Shown here piece by piece: positions 1 through 9,792 of a stretch of 64,000 bases of DNA. The notes under the pieces were generated by a model. The model made no database searches. It was not told the origin of the DNA and was given only the letters and a program-made list of their open reading frames with translations. The first letter of the stretch is position 1. Every line of letters begins with the position of its first letter. The stretch comes from Candidatus Poribacteria bacterium (GTDB lineage: Bacteria; Poribacteria; WGA-4E; WGA-3G): positions 3,040,001 to 3,104,000 of the forward strand of contig OZ244048.1 in NCBI GenBank assembly GCA_965215265.1, read 5' to 3'. The translations under genes were made by a program, and so were the position numbers.

Positions 1-53
1 CAATCTCCGATATTTTGTAGTATACTAATAATAGACGTTCTAAATTTAGCGAA

Positions 54-2630
54 GTGTCTAATGTCCTGAGTGTATTTATGGTTTCATCTTTTTTCTGCAA
101 AACAACTTGCCGGCCTGGAAAGCGTTTCTGGTGTATTCACAAGTCCATATTATATAACAAATCTTTTAGGAACAATAAAGCCAATTTGACAAGCAAGTCC
201 CTATGCCTATCTCCCTATCTGCTTGGTATTGGTATAGCATGCCTTTGTTACTTTATGGCATTTAGTGTGCTGCTTGGCAGCACGTATGCCTCAACCCACC
301 CAAAGGTGCGCACGCACTTACCGTCAAGCTCAGTCGCGATGAGCGACGATGCCTTGGCGACCTTTTTTAATCCAGCCGGATTAGGTACAGGCCGTGCGTT
401 GAATTTATACTACCTGCGAACATACGAGAGTGATTGGGGCGGTGGCGATGATGCGTTTTTCATCGCCCTACCGGGCAGTGGTTTCAGCATGGAATTTGCC
501 ACAGTAGGGCATGACATTGAATTTACGCGCTATAACCTTTCCACCGGTTGGCATCTAGGGAGCGCCGTCTACTGGGGTACTGCCTATAGTTGGATAAATT
601 CTGATGATAAAACCTACGATAGATTCCGTTCTGTGTCTCTCGGTTTGATGTACCGTCGCCGTTACTTTTCCCTAGGGGCAATCGCTCGAAATCTGAATCG
701 CCCGAAATTGCTGGACGAAAAACTTGGGCGGACATACGAACTCGGCATGGCAATTCGCCCTGGCACATGGCGTACGACTCTTTCTGTTGATATGCACAAG
801 ACGCAAGGCTTAAAAGGAGTTGACTTCCAATATGCCCTTGAGTTACGCCCAATTCGCGAATTGATGGTACGCGGTACTTTCAACAGTAACCGGAGTTTTG
901 ATGTCCGTTTCGGTGTCAACATAGGAAATTGGGGTGTCGGTACAGATAATCGCTTTGCTGACAACGGGGACACTCAGGCAGGCGTTGGTTATTTTCAGTT
1001 TTCGAACGCTCCCAAAACCAGGCGCATTCCGCGGAGACGCATGTTTCTCGATCTGTCTATGGGTTCCCTAGACCAAATATTGCGCATCGCAAAAACGGAT
1101 GCAGAAGTTAGCGGTGTTCTGATCCGGATTAATGGAAGTGGTTACGGTATGGGGCGGCTCCAAGAAATGCGGGATGCTATCATAGATTTCAAGGAGTCAG
1201 GGCGTGTGGTTATCTGCTATTTATCCAACTGTTCCACTGGGGATTACATCGTTGCATCAGCGTGTGATCTGATTCTGATGCATCCTTCAGCAGAGCTGAG
1301 GTTCATCGGTTTGCGTGCAGAACGTTCCTTCTACAAAGGTGCCTTGGATATGCTCGGTATCAGAGCTGACCTTGAGCATATCGGGGAATATAAATCGGCT
1401 TCAGAAGCATATACACAGCGTGAGATGTCTGAAGTACATCGAGAAATTCAGAACGTTATCCTTGATGATCTTTATGAGCAATTGGTAACGACTATAGCCA
1501 CAAACCGGGGATTGTCCGTAGAAATCGTCAAAAACCGGGTTGACCGGGGCCCCTACACAGCGAAAGAAGCTTTCGCTGCAAAGCTAGTCGATCGGGTTCT
1601 CTATGAAGATGAATTATTGGATATTGTCACACAACTGACAGATGCTTCCACTGATTTGATAACGCGTGGAGAGTACGCCAACAGTGGGTTCTACGTCCAA
1701 AATTGGCAGGTCCCACGTCCGAAAGTCGCTATTATTGAGGCTGAAGGCTTAATGGTGACAGGTGATAGTTTTGTAGATCCGCTTATTGGCACTCAGGTCA
1801 TGGGTTCGGATACAATTGCCCGGGCTATTCGTCAAGTTCGGGATGATGATGGAATCAAAGCGGTTGTGCTACGGATTGACAGTGGGGGCGGTCTTGTCGT
1901 TGCAGCAGATATCTTATGGCGTGAACTGGTGCAGCTCGTGCAGGTAAAACCGCTGATAGTTTCAATGGCGGATGTGGCTGCATCAGGTGGATATTACATT
2001 GCAGCACCGGCAGATGTAATTGTTGCAGAACCTGGAACGATTACAGGTTCAATTGGCGTTATCGGTGGCAAGTATAGTTTGAAAGGACTTTATGAAAAAC
2101 TCGGAATCAGAAAAGAGATCCTTAAACGGGGCGCGCATGCAGACTTTTATACTGATTACGGTGATTATCCACCGGCAGAACAAGAAATTGTCCAGAGACA
2201 AATCGCAGAAATTTATGACAATTTCATTACAAAAGTGGCGCTCGGAAGAGCAGAATTAACGAAGGATGACGTAGATCGACTTGGACAAGGGCGTATCTGG
2301 ACCGGCAGACAGGCAAAGGCGAATGGACTTGTTGATGAGCTCGGGGGATTAAGTCATGCGCTCGCTATTGCGCAAGAAAAGGCAGGACTGCAGAAAAAGG
2401 TTGTTGAGATTGTACTGCTTCCGAAGCAGACCTGGCTATCCCAATTCCTCAGCAACTATCGGCTCATATTCAATGGAGTAGGAGCGTCGCAAACCGTACG
2501 AGCCGGAGGAATTGGTGGAACAAGAATTTTATCACAATTCCTGACAGAAGGCAGCTCGAAATTACTAAACATTATTAGAAAACATAGGCTTTTTCTCCTG
2601 GTGCCGTATCATGTGGAGGTAGGCGATTAA
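54..2630 (+). CDS. sppA: Signal peptide peptidase SppA (67K type) fused to an N-terminal outer-membrane beta-barrel-like domain; true start probably downstream of 54
   Basis: Two S49 domains with GEYKSA (catalytic Lys), LRIDSGGG, AASGGYYIA (catalytic Ser), GTITGSIGV and GRIWTGRQA; N-terminal DDALATFFNPAGL motif followed by amphipathic strands. Confidence 0.9.
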   Translation: MSNVLSVFMVSSFFCKTTCRPGKRFWCIHKSILYNKSFRNNKANLTSKSLCLSPYLLGIGIACLCYFMAFSVLLGSTYASTHPKVRTHLPSSSVAMSDDALATFFNPAGLGTGRALNLYYLRTYESDWGGGDDAFFIALPGSGFSMEFATVGHDIEFTRYNLSTGWHLGSAVYWGTAYSWINSDDKTYDRFRSVSLGLMYRRRYFSLGAIARNLNRPKLLDEKLGRTYELGMAIRPGTWRTTLSVDMHKTQGLKGVDFQYALELRPIRELMVRGTFNSNRSFDVRFGVNIGNWGVGTDNRFADNGDTQAGVGYFQFSNAPKTRRIPRRRMFLDLSMGSLDQILRIAKTDAEVSGVLIRINGSGYGMGRLQEMRDAIIDFKESGRVVICYLSNCSTGDYIVASACDLILMHPSAELRFIGLRAERSFYKGALDMLGIRADLEHIGEYKSASEAYTQREMSEVHREIQNVILDDLYEQLVTTIATNRGLSVEIVKNRVDRGPYTAKEAFAAKLVDRVLYEDELLDIVTQLTDASTDLITRGEYANSGFYVQNWQVPRPKVAIIEAEGLMVTGDSFVDPLIGTQVMGSDTIARAIRQVRDDDGIKAVVLRIDSGGGLVVAADILWRELVQLVQVKPLIVSMADVAASGGYYIAAPADVIVAEPGTITGSIGVIGGKYSLKGLYEKLGIRKEILKRGAHADFYTDYGDYPPAEQEIVQRQIAEIYDNFITKVALGRAELTKDDVDRLGQGRIWTGRQAKANGLVDELGGLSHALAIAQEKAGLQKKVVEIVLLPKQTWLSQFLSNYRLIFNGVGASQTVRAGGIGGTRILSQFLTEGSSKLLNIIRKHRLFLLVPYHVEVGD

Positions 2631-2710
2631 AGGATACCGGTTCATCCTATCTCTAAGGGAGCAGAGTTGAGGGTTTCCTCACTCTTTGAAAATATAGCAG
2701 AACATCTGCA

Positions 2711-3427
2711 ATGCGTTTAACTAACGACTATTCAAAGCTAAGGCGAAAAATGGTTGAAAACCAGATAGAAAAGCGCGGTGTCCACACTCCGCAGATTCTT
2801 GCTGTTATGCGTAAAGTGCGGCGCCATCTTTTCGTCCAACCAGAGTACGTCAATTTTGCCTATACAGATCGTCCGTTACCTATTGCATCAAATCAGACAA
2901 TTTCGCAGCCGTATATTGTTGCCCTGATGACAGAGTTGCTTGAACTCACGTCCGATTCAAAAGTGCTTGAGATTGGCACAGGCTGTGGGTATCAAACGGC
3001 TGTTTTAGCAGAGCTTGCTGCGGAAGTCTATTCGATTGAAATTTTGGCGGAGCTTGCCAAAAGCGCGAAAACGAGATTAGAGACACTAGCTTATCAAAAT
3101 GTCCATCTGAGAGAGGGTAACGGGTATTATGGCTGGCCAGAAAATGCGCCGTATGACGCTATCCTTGTGACTGCGGCACCAAAGAAGGTGCCGGAACCAC
3201 TTATCCATCAGTTAGGTAAAGGCGGAAGATTAGTTATTCCGGTCGGTGATGATAACCAAAAACTTGTTTTGATTCAGAAAACGGCACCTCATAGTGTCAG
3301 CCTAAAAGAAGGTGATAAACAAACTTCTATATCTGCACTACCCTCTGTAGAAACGACAGAGATTTCTGCGGTTAGTTTCGTACCCATGACAGGTGCCCCC
3401 TCAGAAACTATCTTTCAAAGGAAATGA
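2711..3427 (+). CDS. pcm: Protein-L-isoaspartate(D-aspartate) O-methyltransferase
   Basis: QTISQPYIVA, VLEIGTGCGYQTAVLA, APYDAILVTAA and FVPM motifs. Confidence 0.95.
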   Translation: MRLTNDYSKLRRKMVENQIEKRGVHTPQILAVMRKVRRHLFVQPEYVNFAYTDRPLPIASNQTISQPYIVALMTELLELTSDSKVLEIGTGCGYQTAVLAELAAEVYSIEILAELAKSAKTRLETLAYQNVHLREGNGYYGWPENAPYDAILVTAAPKKVPEPLIHQLGKGGRLVIPVGDDNQKLVLIQKTAPHSVSLKEGDKQTSISALPSVETTEISAVSFVPMTGAPSETIFQRK

Positions 3428-3428
3428 T

Positions 3429-4397
3429 ATGACACAACTGAGATACACACTTTATCTATTCCTACTTGTCTGGCTATTTTTTCCAGTTAGCACGTTCGCA
3501 GCGTTTAACGCTATCGGTATTGGGGCGAGACCCTTAGGACTTGGGGGTGCATTTGTCGCGCTTGCCGACGATAGCAACGCTGCAAGTTACAACCCTGCTG
3601 GGCTGGGTTACATAGATACTATCCACATAGGTGCGACGCACGCACAGCGCTTTAATGGGCTCATTACGTATAACACCGTTGCAGGAATTATGCCGCTCGG
3701 CCGTCTGGGTTCCATCGGCGCGAGTCTTGGGAGATTGGGTGAAGATTCCGAAATTTATCAAGAACAAACGCTGCGGTTCTCTTATGGAAAAGCCTTCCTC
3801 AAGCAATTTTCGATCGGTGCGAACTTGATACGTCTCGCCACCTCCTTTGATGAGACAAACGAATTCGTTTCCGAAAATCACTATTTCAGTCAAACCGCTA
3901 CCTCCGCCTTTTCAACAGATGTTGGTATAATTGCCAAACCTTTTACAGGTTTGAGTATTGGAGTCTCAGTGGAGAACCTACTACCTGCGAACCTGAACAT
4001 CTCTGAGTTAGACACAGATTCGGTGCCGCGAAATATTCGGGCAGGTGTGGCATATCGCTTAGAATCCATCGCTGCAATGAGCACGCAAGGCGAAGCTGTG
4101 AGTAATTTGTTGAAATCTAGCTTAGGTATTCTTGAGTTTGGGTTCCGAAATGGCGAAACCCATATCCGGACAGGTGCTGAGGTTTGGGTAAATAAAGCTA
4201 TCGCGATTCGAGGAGGTTACGTTGTGGCATCTAACAGTGAAGGCAGTATAGAATCTGCCTCGACGCTTGCACTCGGCGGAAGTGCTAAAATCCCGATTGG
4301 CGGCAACACACTTCAGATTGACTACGGATTCCAATTGCTTACCGGCACCTTTCAAGACAATACAACACAAAGGTTTTCAATTAATCTGTTATTCTGA
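3429..4397 (+). CDS. PorV/PorQ-like (UPF0164-type) outer-membrane beta-barrel protein
   Basis: Signal peptide, GARPLGLGGAFVALADD..YNPAGL motif, C-terminal Phe; ATG at 3429. Confidence 0.75.
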   Translation: MTQLRYTLYLFLLVWLFFPVSTFAAFNAIGIGARPLGLGGAFVALADDSNAASYNPAGLGYIDTIHIGATHAQRFNGLITYNTVAGIMPLGRLGSIGASLGRLGEDSEIYQEQTLRFSYGKAFLKQFSIGANLIRLATSFDETNEFVSENHYFSQTATSAFSTDVGIIAKPFTGLSIGVSVENLLPANLNISELDTDSVPRNIRAGVAYRLESIAAMSTQGEAVSNLLKSSLGILEFGFRNGETHIRTGAEVWVNKAIAIRGGYVVASNSEGSIESASTLALGGSAKIPIGGNTLQIDYGFQLLTGTFQDNTTQRFSINLLF

Positions 4398-4492
4398 AAT
4401 TTATCAACAATCTGTGACTGCGACAGAAAAAAGTCTATATGTTGTCCCAATCTATCAGGGGCAGCCCTTACTTATAGGGAAACGAAAACGGT

Positions 4493-5971
4493 ATGAAAAA
4501 GAAAAATTCCTTGTGTATTTCAGATAAGAAGTGGTTCCGGTTATTTTTTTCTAGAAATCGAACTAGTTCAAGGTTCTCGGTGTTCCTCGGTCAGGACATT
4601 TTTGGCTATACCGTTGGAATTCTGGGGAGTTTGTTAATTGCCATGAACAGTTATGGCGCGGTTACGTCTGTGGGCGAGATTAATGTTGATGGAGAGACGC
4701 AAGGGGTTGTTCCTGCAAGTTCAACGGCTCCACTCGTTGTTACACTTGTGGTTGACCGGTCGCTGGCGGAGCCTGGTGAAGAAATTAAGACAATTGAAAT
4801 TGTAATGCCGGTGGGCTTTCTGACACAAGCGTCCTATTTCAAAGGTATCTCGCGAGACCAGAATCGCCTCGTTGCTAAGCCGGAAGTCTCCGGGAATTCA
4901 CTTCGCGTAGAACTCGCAGATCTCATCGTTGATTTTCAGAATTCGATTTATATAATAACTTTTGACTGCCGGACCCCAAACACACCTATGTTAGAGGCCG
5001 CGTTTAGAGTACGCCTGCGAAACTTACAGGACGGTCCGATCGGTGAATTTATTCGTGCTGGACAGGCAGATAGTAAACTCAACAACGATGACTTTACCTT
5101 ACAAGTGATTCCAAACGTTCCCCCGCCGCCTGTTATCGGTTTTACTGCGGAAGCCGACAAGACCGGGGAAAACGATGTGACGCTGATATGGAAAAAATCA
5201 GCGGATCAGGATGTGAATGGGTATCTCATCTATAGAGATAAGGAATCTCCTATCAACGTTGAGAACCGTTCCTCAACGACGTTTCGCGACATCAACGTCC
5301 TCCAAGGAAGCCATACCTATCAGATCAGTGCTTACAAGACACTCTTATTGCAATCAGAGCGTTCTCCAATACAAACAGTTGATGTCTCTCCGGATACTGC
5401 AGCACCGCAGCCTCCGATGACACTTAGCATTGCCACATCAAACGTAGGGGTTGAACTGACTTGGCCAGCAAGTGTCAGTAGGGACACGCAACGCTACCAA
5501 ATTTTCTTTGGTTCATCAGACGTGCCCCTAAGTCCACTCCCGAACGGCGAAATCACTGAGTCCAAAACCGAATATAAATTTATACATACGCGCCAGTTGT
5601 CCGTGGGGAGTTTCGTCTATGCTGTAGAAGCTATTGACGAAGCAGATAACCGCTCTGCGCCGATAAAAGAAATCCTCCGCATACTTGATGAACCGTATCC
5701 AAATCCGTTTACACCCCTCTCTTCAAACGAAGATTTCAACCGTATCGTCTTTCCTGCCCGGGCTCTTGAAGGGATCGAAGGCGAATTCAAGGTCCTTATC
5801 TTTAACATTAATGGCATGCTAGTAAAAACCTTGACGGCCCTCCCTGGCGAGACGGAACTCATCTGGGATGGCAGGGACGAAACCGAAAACATTGTGGAAA
5901 GCGGCGTGTATGTCTATCAACTCCAAGTCGGTGAGAGTTTCAAAACTGGGACTGTCATTGTTGCAAAATAG
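4493..5971 (+). CDS. Exported fibronectin type III repeat protein with FlgD Ig-like / T9SS-type C-terminal domain
   Basis: Two Fn3-like units (VTLIW..GYLIYR..YQISAY; VELTW..YAVEAID); C-terminus PYPNPFTP...IFNING..VKTL..WDGRD...SGVYVYQL. Confidence 0.75.
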   Translation: MKKKNSLCISDKKWFRLFFSRNRTSSRFSVFLGQDIFGYTVGILGSLLIAMNSYGAVTSVGEINVDGETQGVVPASSTAPLVVTLVVDRSLAEPGEEIKTIEIVMPVGFLTQASYFKGISRDQNRLVAKPEVSGNSLRVELADLIVDFQNSIYIITFDCRTPNTPMLEAAFRVRLRNLQDGPIGEFIRAGQADSKLNNDDFTLQVIPNVPPPPVIGFTAEADKTGENDVTLIWKKSADQDVNGYLIYRDKESPINVENRSSTTFRDINVLQGSHTYQISAYKTLLLQSERSPIQTVDVSPDTAAPQPPMTLSIATSNVGVELTWPASVSRDTQRYQIFFGSSDVPLSPLPNGEITESKTEYKFIHTRQLSVGSFVYAVEAIDEADNRSAPIKEILRILDEPYPNPFTPLSSNEDFNRIVFPARALEGIEGEFKVLIFNINGMLVKTLTALPGETELIWDGRDETENIVESGVYVYQLQVGESFKTGTVIVAK

Positions 5972-6160
5972 CCTGAGACACCTCTGACCTCTTTAGGACA
6001 TAGTAAAAAAATTGTTGACTTAATTGTGAGTTCAACACTATACTATAAAGTGGCTATAAATATAACATCCCCATGGGATTCAAAAAAGCATTAATGATAC
6101 CCTAGAAGGGTTGTCACAAAAAGGCGGAGCACCCTCCGCAAAAAAGGAGATTCCATAATA

Positions 6161-7195
6161 ATGAACAGATTCAATGTAAGTCTCACATCAGGTATCACCC
6201 TATTTGTATTTCTCGCATGCCTAACAATTGTTTTACCGGCCTCTGCTGAGTGGGTCATCCTTCAAAAACAAGATCCCGAAATCCGCGATTATATGTCCAT
6301 CGCTTTTACAAGTTCTAACACAGGATGGGCTGTTGGGGTTTCACCTCTTGAGCTCGATAACCCCGGTTTCATTGGCTATACAATGGATGGCGGGAAAACG
6401 TGGAATAAAGCGGAAATTGCTATCAACGCACAGTTGGCAGCAGTCTATTTTTTAGATAAAGAGCACGGGTGGGCAATTGGTGAAAAAGGCGCGATTGCTG
6501 CAACGACTGACGGCAAAAACTGGGAAGTACAAACTAGTAAGGTTGGAAATGGGCTTAAGGGCATTCATTTCGTCAACAAAGACGTTGGCTATGCTGCAGG
6601 CGAAAGCGATACCATCATCGCCACAACAAACGGGGGCCGTTCTTGGAAAGTGCTACAAGGTGGACAGGTTGGGCAGGTTGGAGATGACGACGCAAACATG
6701 TACAATGCTATTCAATTTCTAGACGAATCGACTGGGTGGGTCGCTGGGGTCCGTGTTACGCCTAGTACGCAAGGACAAAGTGCCCTTATCCAGAGAACCG
6801 AGGATGGTGGCAAAAGCTGGGTTACCCAAGAAACAGGAAAAGAGGACATTCTTGAGGATATCTTCTTTCTCGATGCGTACACTGGATGGGCTGTTGGCGA
6901 AAACGGAGTGATTTTACACACAACCAACGGTGGCGAAACGTGGAAAGAGCAGATGAGTGGTACTGAAGAGAAACTTAGGAGTGTCCAGTTTGCGAATGAC
7001 AAGATGGGCATCGCAGTCGGTGGGGACTTGGGAGTCGGTGTCATTCTCCTTACCAATGATGGTGGAGAAACTTGGGAAGCTCAAGACCCGGGAGATCCGA
7101 TGGTTCAAGGATTTCAAATGAACAAAGTTTTTATATTTGAAGGCAAAGATGCCTGGGTAACTGGGGGTAACGGCGTTATCTTACAAATGAAATGA
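6161..7195 (+). CDS. Secreted YCF48/BNR-repeat beta-propeller protein
   Basis: Signal peptide ending PASA; about 7 repeats of GWxxG..I..TxDGGxTW; AAGGAG RBS. Confidence 0.85.
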   Translation: MNRFNVSLTSGITLFVFLACLTIVLPASAEWVILQKQDPEIRDYMSIAFTSSNTGWAVGVSPLELDNPGFIGYTMDGGKTWNKAEIAINAQLAAVYFLDKEHGWAIGEKGAIAATTDGKNWEVQTSKVGNGLKGIHFVNKDVGYAAGESDTIIATTNGGRSWKVLQGGQVGQVGDDDANMYNAIQFLDESTGWVAGVRVTPSTQGQSALIQRTEDGGKSWVTQETGKEDILEDIFFLDAYTGWAVGENGVILHTTNGGETWKEQMSGTEEKLRSVQFANDKMGIAVGGDLGVGVILLTNDGGETWEAQDPGDPMVQGFQMNKVFIFEGKDAWVTGGNGVILQMK

Positions 7196-7312
7196 TGCAC
7201 TCGTGCGAAACAGCCAAAGGCCGGTTCGTTGGTCGGAGGGACACAAAAAGGTGCACGCGAAACTGGCAGCATCGCTAACACGTACAAAAATCTTTTGATA
7301 AGTGGCAAAATG

Positions 7313-7405
7313 GTTCAAGCGAGAGCAGCGCGGCAATAGAATGGTTGCCCTTAACTCAATGTTCAACTGGCCGCTATCGTTCAAGTGAGAGCATGCCGGC
7401 AATAG
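7313..7405 (+). repeat. Two imperfect 27-bp direct repeats (66-bp period) in the aminotransferase leader
   Basis: gttcaagcgagagcagcgcggcaatag (7313-7339) versus gttcaagtgagagcatgccggcaatag (7379-7405). Confidence 0.6.
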
Positions 7406-7464
7406 CGTGTCCCGTCTATGCGGAACCCCCGGTTTCGAATCAGTGATGTAATAGGAGGTAAATT

Positions 7465-8679
7465 TTGGAAACACCTACAGCTGGATTAGGAAAGGAATCT
7501 TCGACAGTTCTGATGCCTCAATTTGCTGCCCGGATGGATCGTTTAGGAACAGAATCAGCATTTGAGGTGCTCGCGAAGGCAAAAGGGTTAGAAGCAGAAG
7601 GTAGAGACATCATTCACCTGGAAATTGGACAGCCTGATTTTCCAACTCCGATGAATATCTGTGAAGCGGCATTCAAGGCGATGAAGGATGGGCACACTGG
7701 ATACGGTCCCTCTGCAGGTTTACCCGAATTTCGCGAAGTGACTGCACATCATATCACAGAAACCCGGGGTGTTTCCATCCATCCGGATGAGGTAACCGTC
7801 ACGCCCGGTGCGAAACCGATCATTTTTTTCACCATTTTGGCTTTAATTGATGAGGGCGATGAAGTTATCTATCCGGAACCCGGTTTTCCGGTTTATGAAT
7901 CGGTTATAGATTTCATCGGTGGAAAAGCGGTGCCCCTTCTGCTTCGCGAAGAAGTCGACTTCCGGTTTCGAATTGATGATTTAGAGTCGGCTATATCGCC
8001 TCGGACGAAGCTGCTGATTCTCAACTCACCGCAGAATCCTACAGGTGGAACACTGACGGAGGGAGACCTGGATGCAATCGCTGAACTTGCTCAGAAACAC
8101 AATTTTTATGTCCTGACGGATGAAGTCTATTCACGTATTCTCTATGAAGGCAATCATTTAAGCGTTTTGAGTCTTCCGGGTATGAAAGAACGGACTATCC
8201 TGATTGAAGGCCACTCCAAAACCTATGCTATGACAGGATGGCGTTTAGGGTACGGAGTTGCGCCTCGGGATATAGCCGACAAAATCACGCAACTCACGAT
8301 TAATTCTAATTCTTGCACAGCAACCTTCACACAAATTGCTGGCATAGAAGCACTCACAGGTCCGCAAGACTCGGTGCAGGAGATGGTGACGGAATTTCGG
8401 AGAAGGCGCGATGGCATTGTAGATGGATTGAACACGATTGAAGGGATCAGCTGTCTTAAACCGCTCGGTTCATTCTACGTATTCCCGAATGTGCAGCCGT
8501 TGCCGGTAGGGTGTGAAACCCTCGCGGATTATCTGTTAGATGAAGCAGGTGTGGCGCTGTTACCGGGTACGTCCTTCGGTAAATATGGCGATGGCTATCT
8601 CAGGCTCTCGTATGCGAATTCGTTAGAAAACATCGATGAAGCGCTGCACCGAATGGCAACTGCCATTGCAAAGTTATAA
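7465..8679 (+). CDS. PLP-dependent aminotransferase class I/II (aspartate aminotransferase-like)
   Basis: NSPQNPTG, DEVY, SKTYAMTGWRLGY (PLP Lys) and LRLSYA; AGGAGG RBS before a TTG start. Confidence 0.92.
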   Translation: METPTAGLGKESSTVLMPQFAARMDRLGTESAFEVLAKAKGLEAEGRDIIHLEIGQPDFPTPMNICEAAFKAMKDGHTGYGPSAGLPEFREVTAHHITETRGVSIHPDEVTVTPGAKPIIFFTILALIDEGDEVIYPEPGFPVYESVIDFIGGKAVPLLLREEVDFRFRIDDLESAISPRTKLLILNSPQNPTGGTLTEGDLDAIAELAQKHNFYVLTDEVYSRILYEGNHLSVLSLPGMKERTILIEGHSKTYAMTGWRLGYGVAPRDIADKITQLTINSNSCTATFTQIAGIEALTGPQDSVQEMVTEFRRRRDGIVDGLNTIEGISCLKPLGSFYVFPNVQPLPVGCETLADYLLDEAGVALLPGTSFGKYGDGYLRLSYANSLENIDEALHRMATAIAKL

Positions 8680-8746
8680 GGTATCTCTGGTTTGATTAGG
8701 GCAGAGGGATTTTCTGCATAGCATTGATGAAAAAAGGAATATTTTT

Positions 8747-9664
8747 ATGCATCGCAAAGCGATGGCGCGAATTCCTGCTAGCACAACCAACCTCGGTCCC
8801 GGTTTTGATGTGCTTGGAATGGCCCTTCAACTTTATAGCACGGTCAGCTTGGAACTGACAGAGACTGCCGGCACTGAAGTCGTCATTAGCGGTGTAGACG
8901 TTGATAAAATTCCGAGCACTCCGGAACACGTTGCAGTTCAGGCGGTTGAGCTCGTTCTCAAGCGTGGGGAGGCGAAAAGTTACTCAGGCTTAAAAGTGTA
9001 TATAGAAAATGGAATCCCTGCGATTCGGGGGTTGGGCGGCAGTGGTACAGCGATTCTAGGCGGTTTGTTAACAGCAAATGGATTGTGTGAGACAGAATTT
9101 ACGCGAGCTGAATTACTCAATTTCGCGACAGAATTGGAGGGGCATCCGGATAACGTTGCGGCTTCTTTGTACGGCGGTCTAGTTGTATCCGCCCAAGAAG
9201 GTGCGAAAGTCTACACGGTTCAAGTGGAGTGCCCGGCTGAACTGTATGTTGTGCTTGCTATTCCGGACTTCCCGCTTCCAACACAAAAAGCGCGGGGTGT
9301 GTTACCAATTTCGGTTGAATTCTCGGATGCTATTTACAATGCCAGCCGTAGTTCATTGTTGGTTGCCTGCCTCGCCTCTGGGAAATTGGATATGCTATCA
9401 ATAGCCATGAAAGACCGGTTGCACCAGCCCTATCGCGCTGCACTGATTCCAGGATTTGATGCGGTGGCTGAAGCGGCATTGGAGTTCGGGGCGCTCAGCG
9501 TTGCGCTGAGCGGTGCAGGACCGACTGTAGCAGCGTATTGTTTCAAGCAGAATTCAGAACAGATAGCAGCACAGATGCAAGCTGCTTTCAGGGACCATCA
9601 GATTCAATGCGATACGATGATTTTGCAGCCAGACAGAAACGGAGCAACCGTCTCTTTTGCATGA
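8747..9664 (+). CDS. thrB: Homoserine kinase
   Basis: PASTTNLGPGFDVLG, P..RGLGGSG, EGHPDNVA, DRLHQPYR and SGAGPT motifs. Confidence 0.95.
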   Translation: MHRKAMARIPASTTNLGPGFDVLGMALQLYSTVSLELTETAGTEVVISGVDVDKIPSTPEHVAVQAVELVLKRGEAKSYSGLKVYIENGIPAIRGLGGSGTAILGGLLTANGLCETEFTRAELLNFATELEGHPDNVAASLYGGLVVSAQEGAKVYTVQVECPAELYVVLAIPDFPLPTQKARGVLPISVEFSDAIYNASRSSLLVACLASGKLDMLSIAMKDRLHQPYRAALIPGFDAVAEAALEFGALSVALSGAGPTVAAYCFKQNSEQIAAQMQAAFRDHQIQCDTMILQPDRNGATVSFA

Positions 9665-9792
9665 TTCTGAGCCTTGCAACCCTATATCACATATTATGAG
9701 TTTGTAGTTCGAATTAACATTGCTACTTATAGACGGGTTGGAAAAACGAGCAGTGTTCCAATAGAATAAGAAAGTAACGGTATAAAGAATCG

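Noticed and set aside
7230-7305. SAM-I-like words (GGAGGGAC, GGTGC, GCAG, GATAAG) upstream of the aminotransferase
   Set aside because: Spacing and P1-P4 pairings do not fit the SAM-I consensus
7313-7405. Mini CRISPR array (27-bp repeat, 39-bp spacer)
   Set aside because: Only two imperfect repeats and no cas genes in the window
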